Positions 10,641 to 20,000 of a DNA stretch of 20,000 nt are shown here, piece after piece (position 1 is the first letter of the stretch; every line of letters begins with the position of its first letter). The DNA is taken from positions 52,272 through 72,271 of the forward strand of contig JALAGF010001700.1 in the NCBI GenBank assembly GCA_030167865.1. The letters run 5' to 3'. This DNA is from Craspedostauros australis (taxonomy: Eukaryota). Under the pieces are notes generated by a model. It was not told where the DNA came from. It saw nothing but the letters and a program-made list of their open reading frames with translations, and searched no databases. Both the position numbers and the translations under genes were made by a program.

Positions 10641-11377
10641 ATGGTAAGAGATCTATCGTTGATCCGCCCATCAGGTCCAGTCGGCGAGGCCCCTCACCGG
10701 GCATCCCGACGCACGACCTGAGGGCCCAGATGCCTTTTGTTGCATGCCTGAACTTTGCGCGTGAACTGCTCCGAAGAGCACGAGGATGAAGGATGCTGCG
10801 GTTGCAGTTGCGGTTGCCACGATGGTGGAGCCGATTGGACGGTCCGCAACAGCGGCAGCAGCGACAGTGACGCAAACGACAGCTCAATGGAAACAACTCA
10901 CTAATCCCATCACACCATGCACCACCTGATGAACTGCGTCACGTCACGATATCCCATGCGACGACAATCATTTCTGAACGAACCAATCGACCGACCGCCT
11001 GGACGAACGCAACGACACAGGCCAAGGGAAAGAAGTCCGCCGTGAAGTTCGTGCTTGATTGCACTCAGCCAGTCGAGGATAAGGTCCTCGATGTGGCCCT
11101 CTTCGAGAAGTACCTCCACGATCGCATCAAGATCAAGGGCAAGACCGGTGCCCTGGCTGCCAACAGCGTCACCATCCAGAGAGACAGAACCAAGCTGACC
11201 GTCGTCAGCCCAGCCGAGCTCGGCTTCTCCAAGCGTCAGCTCAAGTACCTCACCAAGCGCTACTTGAAGAAGCAGCAGCTGCGTGATTACCTCCGCGTCG
11301 TTGCCGCCAGCAAGAACTCGTACGAGCTCAGATACTTCTCCATCAGCGGAGGAGATGAAGAGGAGGACGAGGAGTAA
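10641..11377 (+). CDS. RPL22: 60S ribosomal protein L22 (eL22); exons 10641-10643 (ATG only) and 11021-11377, 119 aa
   Basis: eL22 signature sequences [65 protein letters not shown] and an acidic tail. ATG|GTAAGA ... CACAG|GCC gives [11 protein letters not shown]. Codon usage is strongly C/G-ending, typical of highly expressed genes. Confidence 0.96.
10644..11020 (+). other. Spliceosomal intron (377 nt) directly after the RPL22 start codon, containing two long hairpins
   Basis: GTAAGA donor and CACAG acceptor. Inverted repeats TCAGGTC/GACCTGA, GTCGG/CCGAC and GTTGCGG/CCGCAAC. Confidence 0.85.
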
Positions 11378-12071
11378 GCAAAAACGTACTCTAGAAGCAA
11401 ATGAACCCAACCCCCCACATTCAAATCTCGACAGATTCATGAGGAGACGAGCAATGTCTTGCACAAGATGGCCGAATGGGACGAACAGAGCATCTGTTCG
11501 ATCGGTTCCTCATCGAGATTCTCTCATCTCTTCACTTCCTCTGATCCCTGATTCTGCGCGACATGATCGCAGCACGGTTGTATTAAAATTAGATTCTTGT
11601 ACTGATAGAGACGACAGGAACATCAACAACGTCCCATCGATTGAAGTGGTGTGGAGTGGTGAGGTTGTTTGGTTTGATCGTCTGTTTGAGGCAGCAGAGG
11701 AGCAGGGTTGCGCTGATACAGTTGTCTTCAATGAACTCCACAGTCTCCCACCATCGTTTCGTGATGTTTGACCAAATCGACCACTCCAGACAAACGTATC
11801 CTTGGCATTCCACCTGGAGGAATCACCACACATCTGTTGATTGGCACTCTCTGTGTTTGTCTTCTCGGCACATCAAACATCCACCATCTGCATCCCCAAC
11901 GATCACAATTCACCATCACTCCATCATTCCCAGCAGCACTTGTCGCTGAATCATTATCCAGATCGTACTCTATCCATCTTCATTGCTCGTATCAGGAGAG
12001 TGCTCGTACCAGTACCATACACAGATAGACACACATACTGACACACAGACCGACACACAGACAGACTCACC

Positions 12072-13253
12072 ATGAAGGCTTGGTTGTCCGCAGTTGCCTT
12101 GAGCTTCATCTTGCTCCACAACGAGGCGACGCAGTCACAGAATGCAGTCGGCGCATTCTCCACACCGATACGGAGAGGCACAGCCCGCAGCGTGAGCCAT
12201 GGAATGACATCTCCATCCTCCGCACCGTGCGTCGATTCCGCGCTGTTCCGATGCCAGAGACAGAAGAACGAGCCGCTGCAGCAATTCCAAGCACGTTCGT
12301 TACGTCGATGGGACCGCATGTCGCAGCTGGCCTCCAAGCTGAACCGCCGCATGAAACGTTGCGCCATCCTGCTGTGCGCCATCACGATGCTGTCGTTCGG
12401 AACCGTCTCGGAGCCTGCCCACGCCGTGTCAGCGCCCACGACATCGATCGAACGCATCGTCGATGGATACGTGCAGGACAACATGTTCAACGACGATCGG
12501 TACGATCCCATCGAATCGGCGTACCGCGAGGCCGTGCAGGACCGCGCATCGGGCGAGCATCAGCAGGCGCTGTCGCAGACCGTCTCGACGGTGCTGGGCG
12601 AGAATAAGGTCGAGGCCATCGTGAAGGACACGAAGGAATGGAAGAGCGTGTTGGGTTCCACCATCCTCAAGGGCATCAGAACCGTCTCGTCGAAGCTGTC
12701 CACGACCTTTGGTCTGTCGGATTCCACGGCTTTGGCCATCGTGGCGTTCTTCATCACGGGTGCCGTGCCGTTCACGTTGTCATTCGCTGGCATGATGGCG
12801 GGTGACATCGCCAAGCGCAACATGAACAAGACCATGAAGGAGCGGTATGGAGATACCTACAGGTATGTTTGCTTGGGTTGTGCTGTGCTGTGCTGTGCTG
12901 TGCTGTGCTGTGCTGTGCTGTGCTGTGCTGTGTGTGGGGGGCAGGGGTGGGGGTCGGAAGTATGAATGTGGAGTTGGAGCATGCTGGCATGTGTTTGTGT
13001 TTGTGTTTGTGTGCCTTTTCTTAGCTACCATCTCTATCAATATGCTTCATCTCTCACCTTTCAACCAAACGCTCCCATTACACTGTACTTGCCACAATCC
13101 AATGCTTTGCAATGGCGCAGTGTTGATGCCACGATCAAGACATCGCAACCAGACGATGCCGATGAGGACGACGACGACGATGAGGATGATGAAGATGATG
13201 AGGAGGATGACGACGACGACGACGACGAGGATGATGGCAGCGGCAAGAAGTAG
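12072..13253 (+). CDS. Uncharacterised plastid (probably thylakoid) membrane protein with a poly-acidic C-terminus; exons 12072-12862 and 13121-13253, 307 aa
   Basis: Signal peptide ending VGA|FSTP (ASAFAP-type), an R/S-rich transit peptide, a second hydrophobic signal ending PAHA|V, and a hydrophobic helix TALAIVAFFITGAVPFTLSFAG. Splice AG|GTATGT (12863) ... GCGCAG|T (13120) gives ERYGDTYSVDATIKTSQPDDADED...GSGKK*. Confidence 0.8.
12863..13120 (+). other. Spliceosomal intron (258 nt, phase 2)
   Basis: GTATGT donor and CGCAG acceptor; contains a microsatellite. Confidence 0.85.
12879..12930 (+). repeat. (TGTGC)n pentanucleotide microsatellite, about 10 copies, intronic
   Basis: A perfect tandem array is visible in the sequence. 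Confidence 0.95.
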
Positions 13254-15225
13254 AGATGCTCCCAGACTGAGTGCTGGAATGAAGAATGTCACGGCGAGCG
13301 AGATGCAATGCAATGCAACGAAGGAACAGAAGCAGAAAGAGAGAGAGAGAGATCTAATCTGAGGTGATCTTTGGAGACATCGTCATGCAAGACCATGCTA
13401 CGAACTATGCAATCCGGTTCAGACTGTTCTGTTAGATATCATAGTAAAGCTAGAGATAGCATCAACACGAAACTCTATCATCTCCTGCGGATGTACTCAA
13501 AATACAATCTATCCATGTGCACTGTTGGTCTTGTCCGTGATGTTGATGTTGTCATGTGCCTGTATCATGACGATGGCAGGAAGATCCTGGTGGGAGATTC
13601 GCAACATTCGCATGCAAGGTGGCCTTGTGGAGACACTTCACGAACACAGAGTCCGACCTCACCACCTTGATGAGTTACGAACATGGCACTTGTACTTGTA
13701 CTTGTATGACTACGACCTATTCCCACGATGCCGCATCGCTCTGACCAAGAAACATCAATGCTTATGCGTGTAGATCGTAACAGCGACAAGCGAGCGCGCC
13801 AAACACGATAGAGATCGTCGTCAGTCATCGCCGCAATGACCATCGTCTTCACAGAAGGTTATGGAAGAAACATCACCGTTGGCACACAAGGACAAAGACG
13901 AAGGCATCGGAATACAGGCTAAATTCGCTATCTTTCTGCGGAGTCCTTTCTGTCGGTTGTCCTTTTCTCTGTGTTGCCCACTCTCAACGCACGCTGTGCG
14001 GATGGCAAATAAATGTACTATTCTCTGCACACGCACAAACAATCCCAGAGAGGCGCGAACACAACTGAATGGCAGTTGACATTTGACACAAGACGAGGAA
14101 ACGGGGAGCCGCTTGGGTTGTGGTGGTTCGTGGCGCACGTAACCGCGACAAAGAAACGAACGCAGGCTGTCCCAGGAAAGCAAGAAAAGAAGCGGTCGGA
14201 GGGAGAAAGAGCAACGCAAGGAAGGGCACAGCACGCACAGACACACAAGACAAGCAGAGGCTGGAGGCGTCAGCAACCATCTCAGGAAGGCAACCGCATC
14301 CTTTCTCGCGATACCACCTCTCTCTGGATGCTCTAAACCTTCTTTGTGGGGCACGAGCGCAGGATCAGAGAATCTGTATTTGTTGTTCGTGGCGAAGTTG
14401 AGCCGAGTATAATAGATCGTGCTCCTGAAGGATTGAAACGCAGATCGTTGTGTTCGAGCCGCCACTGCCATCACTGCGACGCTCTCTATAACCAATAAGA
14501 TCCATTGGAACGATTGAAAAGAGACGAGCCAGAAAGCAGAGTACCATAGCTAGTACAGTTAGTCGCAAACACCTTCCAAGGGCGACTCCTCAGGCACACC
14601 ACTGACCAAACATTCGACACAACAGAGGAACATTCCACGAGTACTTGCTCGCCCCTGTCGTCGCCACGTGCCGCACACATTCCACAGATCGTCGTGCTCA
14701 TACTCCATTCCGCTCGACCACAGCGCATTCGCACAACAACAGAGAGCAAAGGCAGCACCAACATCTGCAGAAATCGAGCTCCACGCAAGAATCGAACACC
14801 GTCGCCAACATCCAACGTCCGGCCTCCAACACTCAACATTCAACCAGCGACTCCCATTGCACAGACCCTCTCGCAGTATTGGTACGGTGTGACTACGGAC
14901 TCGCACACCCCACGAGGACTGCAGCCAACCAAAGCCCCTCTCCACAACCGCACGCTCTGTCCTTGGCACACGAACTAATAGAGCGAACAAGAGCAAGAGG
15001 CACAACATCTCCCAACTAAGACCCTCTCCCCTGGTGAATGCGATAGAGCATCGCACGATCACGATCACGCCCACAACCGAGAACTCTGCTCTATTGGTAT
15101 CTCACCCGCAACCAACCTCCCCAGAGCAATTGTTCACATCGCATCACAAAACAGAACAGCCCATCACAAACGGAACCACCAAACGCGTCCGTGAACCGTG
15201 TCTCCCAGTACAACCCTCGCGAGCC

Positions 15226-15249
15226 GAGTTGAGTTGAGTTGAGTTGAGT
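15226..15249 (+). repeat. Short (GAGTT)n microsatellite upstream of the 15362 ORF
   Basis: gagttgagttgagttgagttgagt. Confidence 0.85.
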
Positions 15250-15361
15250 ACAGTTCAATTGCGCATCAGCTACAGAGCAACGACAGTGGGTATTCACGCG
15301 ATATTCAATCACTGCATGAGAGGAGCATCAAAGCGGAGCAACGCAGAGAGGCAAGCTCATC

Positions 15362-18300
15362 ATGAATCACAGGAATGGCGGCAGCAGCAGCAACGGCAAC
15401 AACAACAACAACAATGCCATGAGGGATGATCGTTCAATACCCATCGATCACATCAAGCCGAACTCATCATCGACCGTGTCCACGAGCGCCAGCCACGATC
15501 ACACAACTGATGAGAATGAAGGCAACAATGGCACTGGCAATGGAGCGATCCACAAAAGCACAGCGGCTGCCGATCCGATGATGTCGCCTGTGCCAACGAA
15601 ACCGTCCGTCAAATCCCCACCCAAGAGTGCCAAGCGGGCGGGTCGGAACCGCGCTCACAAACGGAGCCACTCGCATTCGCAGGCGCAGATGCAGGCGCAC
15701 TCACAGTCGCTCACGGATATGCAGTTCGAATCGGGTCCAGCCATCATTGCCAACTCGCCCAATGGCGGGGCTTGTGGCAGCGGGCATAGGCGTCGCAACA
15801 ATCGTCACCATCACCATCAGCAGCTGCCTCCATCATTCCAATCGCCCACGGTGCACAGGAGCAATCGAGAATGGAGCAAGGTCGTCTCCCCCAATCCATC
15901 CATCCAATCCATGTCCCTATCCCTCAGCGACATCCTCGGCGGCGATCGAGCAGCGCTGGGCGGTGAAAAGTCAACCAGATCTGCCCACGCATCCTTCTCC
16001 TCCATCGATCACAGCACCAACAGCCCCGGCAATGCCAAGACCCTCCTGTCGCCTTCGGCGATGTCGGCCGCGGCAACGGCAGGTATCAGCGATTGCGATG
16101 TCGCCGACTCTCAGCATGGTGGCAACCACGCCGATGATGCATCGACCACCATCTCACGAGCGGAACGTCAACGTGTTGTCCTGCGCCAAATGAAGACGCA
16201 GCGTATTGGGCGCCAGCTGGATGTCAAGAATAGCCTCGCGCTCTTTCTCACTTCGCAAGGTGATCATGATGGTGCGGAAGCGTATCAACATGAACATGAC
16301 GAGGACGACTCGATCATTTCGGAAGAGGAAACGATGATGCCTCTGCGAGATGCACCCGAACGACAAAGTTCATCGGCGTCTCGTGAGGATGCTGCCACAG
16401 TGCAGCAACCGCAACCGCAGCGGCCGCGAAATCGCACGGAACACCGCAACGACAACAGTCACCACGGAAGCAACGCACGCGATGGCAATGACAAAAGCGA
16501 CAACGACCCACAACAACAAAAACCCGCCGACGAGGAGATTGCCGTGATGGATGACCACAGCCACCGCAGCAAGACCAACCGTTCCAGCCACACAACCGTA
16601 TCGGCTTCGGCGGGAGCCGGCAGCCTGCGACGCAAGCTTCGGGCCTCGGCATCGTCCGCTCAACCAGACGAAAGCAGATCGGTGGCATCCCAGCCGCAAC
16701 GTCGTCCGCAATCCATGAGGCGTCGCGCAACCACTGCGGCCGTCCCGCCATCGCCGGGAGTTCCGGACGATGCTCCGCGGCTGCACAGAAACAACAGCGG
16801 CGGCACGCGGCGTGTGGCGCGCAGATCGATTCGAGAAGGCATTGGGAGTGGCAACAACGCGTCGTTCAGCACCTCCACGGCGGAGGCAATGGCGATTGCT
16901 GCTGCTCTCACTGTCACGCCGAGTTCTGTGGCCAAACCGACATCGCGACGGAGGCTTGTCACGGCGGATCCCAACAAGGGGAGGCGCAACAGCAACGGCA
17001 CCACGACTAGCAATAGTGGTGGGGGCAACGGTACTGACAACCACAGTGCCGTGCCAAGCAGTACTGGCGCGACAGACGAGACGCAACAACAGCAGCAGCA
17101 GCACCACCATCGGCACAATCCACGCAAGTCGGAGGCAAAACCAAGATCCTTGTCACCCATGAGGGCCAAAGAGAGCTCGATGGGCGATGCCAAAACGCCA
17201 AATGGTTCGGAACGCAGAGGACGTCGCACGCGCAGGAATTCGGCGACGCATCCCAAGACGGATGCCAAGCAGCAAGCGAAAGATGATGGCGACAATGGAT
17301 CGCGCCCGCCACCATCCTCGCGTCGATCGCGTTCTCGACGACGCCGCGCCAACAACAGCAGCTCCACGGCTGCGAATGGTAAGAATGCAAGAGCTCCAAG
17401 CAGCAGTGGCAACGCAAACAACAACAACAACAACAACAACAACGCTAGCAGCAGCAGCAGAGGCAACCGCAACAGCAGCATGGACAATCGCAGTCAAAGA
17501 GATCGCAGCAAATCGCGAAGGGGGAATTCTCGCGATCCTGGCAACAACCAGAGATCGTCATCACGAAGCCGCAGAGGACGATCGCGAGAAGAGCAAACCA
17601 ACACCAGCTCCTCCAACAGACCGCGGTCGTCATCCGCATCGAAGCGCGGTCGATCGCGGGATGGGCCGTCCCGAAATGCTGCACAACGGGCTGCTTCTGT
17701 GGGAAGACGGCGCACGCAGATGCGCGATGTGGCTACGAACGCGGCAGAAGCGGCGACGAGCGGACGGAGAGGCAGCGACAACGGAAGCGTAAGCGGGACA
17801 CACGCGCATGCATCCGACTCATCATCCAAACGAACAGCGTCAGCGTCCAACAATGCTGCCGCTGCATCATCCTCCTCGTCGTCGCGCAGAGGTCGACGAT
17901 CGCAGCGTCCTGCTGAAAGTGAAGACCGTAAGGAGGGCAGCACGCGCAGGAAGAGCGTGGGTCGGCGGCGCACGCAAAAATCGAAGGAGAGCGATCTCAT
18001 CAAACCGACGTCTGACCGAAGCCTGCGTCGTCCGACGGCCGATGCAAGCAGAAGTCAGCCAACGAGGAAGGGCAGCGCGGGCGGATCATCTGCGGCGCCA
18101 ACATCTCCCAAACGCGACAAACCCAAGGCTGGCATGCCACCGCGATCGCCCAAGAGATCGGAAGAGAGCCAGTCCAAGAAGTTGCTGTCCAACCACTTGC
18201 GAAGCACGGCGTCAGAGAATCATCGCAAGCAAGAACAGGGTGAGGACGCGTCGGAGGAATCATCGCGTCTGTCGGCAGGTCCCCAGCTGCCGTTGCTTCA

Positions 18301-19198
18301 ATTCGATCCCACCAATGCGAATTTTGTCACCGCGATCCATCACGACAAGGGGGCAACGACGGCGTCGGACAGGATCACCAATCCAGACGGCACGCAATCC
18401 GAGTTCCAAGTTCGTGCGGTGGCTGGTCTGCCAACCTTCGAGGATCCATCGCGATTCCACGATTCCGGCACCTGTCTTGACTTTGGCGATCCCAGCGAAT
18501 CGTCAGAGGACGCGGCCGATCACGAGCAACGCGTGGACACTGTTCATGAGAGTAACCACAGCAACGACAATCGCGCCCAACGCAGCCACGGCAAGAAGCA
18601 CAGGAGCACTGGCCGGGTCAGCCTGGATGAAGCGATCATGGCTGGCAAACCGTCTTCGAGCAAGAGCCTGGATGGTGAGCGATCGATTGCAGGTTCGGCA
18701 GTGAGCGGGGAACAAACCACGGGAGAGCGCAGCGAGGAAGGCTCCGACAACGCGGCCAAGAATCACAGAAGGAGCAGAAGCAGCGTGAGTGCCGCCATGC
18801 TCAATAGTGCCAATGTCTATTCCAATGGAAATGGAAATGGCATCAGCGATGACAACGATGGTGGCGACAATGAAAACAACAACACAGCAGACGAAGGTAG
18901 AGCACACGCAGGTACTTCTCGAGACAAGCAGCTAGCGTCACGCTTCGCACCGTCACATAGACCAAAGACGCCTTCGGCCACCACATCCTTCTTCCGACGC
19001 AAGCAGCAGCAAATGAGCGAGTCTTTCGCCACGGATTTCAACGAATCCATCAGCTTCTTCACGAACCGATTCGTCGGCAAGAAGCGCGAGGATTTGGAGG
19101 CCAGCATGGCGGACCTTGCCAAGTTTGGAAAGAAGAAGAACCGCAGTCTTGCGCACCAGGTGTTGGACGACGATGACGAAGATCTGTTGCTGTCGTGA
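15362..19198 (+). CDS. Hypothetical intrinsically disordered Arg/Ser/Asn-rich protein, 1278 aa, apparently single exon
   Basis: Uninterrupted 3.8-kb ORF with in-frame trinucleotide runs (poly-N, poly-Q, poly-H), preceded by a CA-rich UTR-like region and followed by GA/AT-rich sequence. No recognisable folded domain. Confidence 0.8.
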   Translation: MNHRNGGSSSNGNNNNNNAMRDDRSIPIDHIKPNSSSTVSTSASHDHTTDENEGNNGTGNGAIHKSTAAADPMMSPVPTKPSVKSPPKSAKRAGRNRAHKRSHSHSQAQMQAHSQSLTDMQFESGPAIIANSPNGGACGSGHRRRNNRHHHHQQLPPSFQSPTVHRSNREWSKVVSPNPSIQSMSLSLSDILGGDRAALGGEKSTRSAHASFSSIDHSTNSPGNAKTLLSPSAMSAAATAGISDCDVADSQHGGNHADDASTTISRAERQRVVLRQMKTQRIGRQLDVKNSLALFLTSQGDHDGAEAYQHEHDEDDSIISEEETMMPLRDAPERQSSSASREDAATVQQPQPQRPRNRTEHRNDNSHHGSNARDGNDKSDNDPQQQKPADEEIAVMDDHSHRSKTNRSSHTTVSASAGAGSLRRKLRASASSAQPDESRSVASQPQRRPQSMRRRATTAAVPPSPGVPDDAPRLHRNNSGGTRRVARRSIREGIGSGNNASFSTSTAEAMAIAAALTVTPSSVAKPTSRRRLVTADPNKGRRNSNGTTTSNSGGGNGTDNHSAVPSSTGATDETQQQQQQHHHRHNPRKSEAKPRSLSPMRAKESSMGDAKTPNGSERRGRRTRRNSATHPKTDAKQQAKDDGDNGSRPPPSSRRSRSRRRRANNSSSTAANGKNARAPSSSGNANNNNNNNNNASSSSRGNRNSSMDNRSQRDRSKSRRGNSRDPGNNQRSSSRSRRGRSREEQTNTSSSNRPRSSSASKRGRSRDGPSRNAAQRAASVGRRRTQMRDVATNAAEAATSGRRGSDNGSVSGTHAHASDSSSKRTASASNNAAAASSSSSSRRGRRSQRPAESEDRKEGSTRRKSVGRRRTQKSKESDLIKPTSDRSLRRPTADASRSQPTRKGSAGGSSAAPTSPKRDKPKAGMPPRSPKRSEESQSKKLLSNHLRSTASENHRKQEQGEDASEESSRLSAGPQLPLLQFDPTNANFVTAIHHDKGATTASDRITNPDGTQSEFQVRAVAGLPTFEDPSRFHDSGTCLDFGDPSESSEDAADHEQRVDTVHESNHSNDNRAQRSHGKKHRSTGRVSLDEAIMAGKPSSSKSLDGERSIAGSAVSGEQTTGERSEEGSDNAAKNHRRSRSSVSAAMLNSANVYSNGNGNGISDDNDGGDNENNNTADEGRAHAGTSRDKQLASRFAPSHRPKTPSATTSFFRRKQQQMSESFATDFNESISFFTNRFVGKKREDLEASMADLAKFGKKKNRSLAHQVLDDDDEDLLLS

Positions 19199-19718
19199 GA
19201 GATTGCACACAACGCTGAGCATCAAGTGCAACAGTACATGGAGTCGTTGCATGTTTGCAATTGCCAGTGCTTGCGCAGAGAAAGGAAAGGGCGACTACCA
19301 TAGTCCCAAGAGAGAGGGAGAGAGAGAGCAAGAGGGAGATTGCGTACTCTGACAAGAGGCAGCAAACAATGGGGGATTGCACTTCGAACACAAGGTGGAG
19401 ACAGACGAATTTGAAGAAGGGGGAAGACACAATCAGAGAATATATAACATATTATTATACATCAGAGAGTATGAAGTTTCATACTGTATGAAGCATCACC
19501 TGCATTGAGAGCCATTATACATGCTTGCAAAGCTAGATGGGCATTTGAATCGCCGTATCCTTGGCTGGCTGGAGGGGCACGACACGGAAGTACGACCCCA
19601 TTCAGGATAGAAACGTACGTTTTTGCGGATTTTTAAGATAAGCACTTAGATCATCCTATTATGTTGCATAGAGTATATGAGTGAAGTTACAAGATCCTGG
19701 GCCTTATAGTTAAAAAGT

Positions 19719-20000
19719 TTATATTTTTCGCATTAGTCTACGACTAGAAACGTTGAGCATGCGGACGTTGAGAGGCACATAGGGTTCGGAATCGCCAGTC
19801 GTGCTTCGGCTCGCTGTCCAGTCGTGTCCATCATCGGCGCTCTCGCATTTCGCACGGGTGAGACGGTTGGGTGCGAAGAAATGATGAGGATTGCGCAGTG
19901 GCGGCAGGCTTGCTGCGGCCGATGCTTCGTCTGGGCTGCCGATCAGGCATCGCAATCCAGAGTTGTGGGTTGGTGGGTAATCCAGATCTTGATGCCCAGC
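19719..20000 (-). CDS. Possible 3' end of a minus-strand gene entering from beyond the window (hypothetical)
   Basis: One minus frame is open from the edge (AGHQDLDYPPTHNSGLRCLIGSPDE...RRLMRKI*). GC content rises to coding-like levels after ~19740, next to an AT-rich stretch at ~19430-19740. No recognisable motif. Confidence 0.35.
   Translation of the reverse strand, partial: AGHQDLDYPPTHNSGLRCLIGSPDEASAAASLPPLRNPHHFFAPNRLTRAKCESADDGHDWTASRSTTGDSEPYVPLNVRMLNVSSRRLMRKI

Noticed and set aside
10926..10977. C/D-box-like pair (CTGATGA ... CTGA) in the RPL22 intron
   Set aside because: Only ~52 nt, the C box lacks the leading purine, there is no terminal stem, and I could not identify a convincing rRNA-antisense element.
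11652..11788. Imperfect inverted repeat (TGGAGTGGT/ACCACTCCA, TTTGGTT/GACCAAA) between RPL22 and the next gene
   Set aside because: Short arms with no target-site duplication or second copy; expected from the GT-rich to CA-rich compositional switch.
12863..12965. Cys-rich CAVLC repeats at the end of the 297-aa ORF
   Set aside because: Translation of an intronic (TGTGC)n microsatellite, not protein.
1802..13120. Similar intron lengths (251-304 nt for four of five) suggesting introner elements
   Set aside because: No shared sequence, terminal repeats or duplications between introns beyond splice consensus.
13371..15312. Numerous 60-220 aa ORFs on both strands in the long intergenic region
   Set aside because: Many start at non-ATG codons, their composition reflects simple-sequence skew, and I see no motifs or splice-supported model.

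Overview
A gene-dense eukaryotic nuclear segment with GT-AG spliceosomal introns. Bipartite signal-peptide plus 'ASAFAP'-type presequences point to a diatom or related alga with a complex plastid; the taxon is inferred, not determined. Most listed ORFs are artefacts, and the real genes must be assembled across introns. In order: (1) the 3' part of a condensin II subunit CAP-D3 gene (+, exons <2-1801, 2106-2312); (2) a plastid-targeted CbiX/SirB-type sirohydrochlorin chelatase (-, exons 3620-2936, 2670-2399); (3) a ~1864-aa probable KNL1/Spc105/Spc7 kinetochore scaffold (+, exons 4347-9104, 9356-10192); (4) 60S ribosomal protein eL22 (+, ATG-only exon 10641-10643, then 11021-11377); (5) an uncharacterised, probably thylakoid-targeted membrane protein with an acidic tail (+, exons 12072-12862, 13121-13253); (6) a 1278-aa disordered Arg/Ser-rich protein (+, 15362-19198); (7) possibly the 3' end of a minus-strand gene at the right edge. 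I see no transposon, CRISPR array, tRNA or rRNA, and no clear multi-gene novel system. The most interesting signals are the non-canonical KNL1 architecture (internal PP1 motifs, non-MELT repeats), a duplicated 19-aa motif in front of the SirB domain, and two long hairpins in the RPL22 intron.
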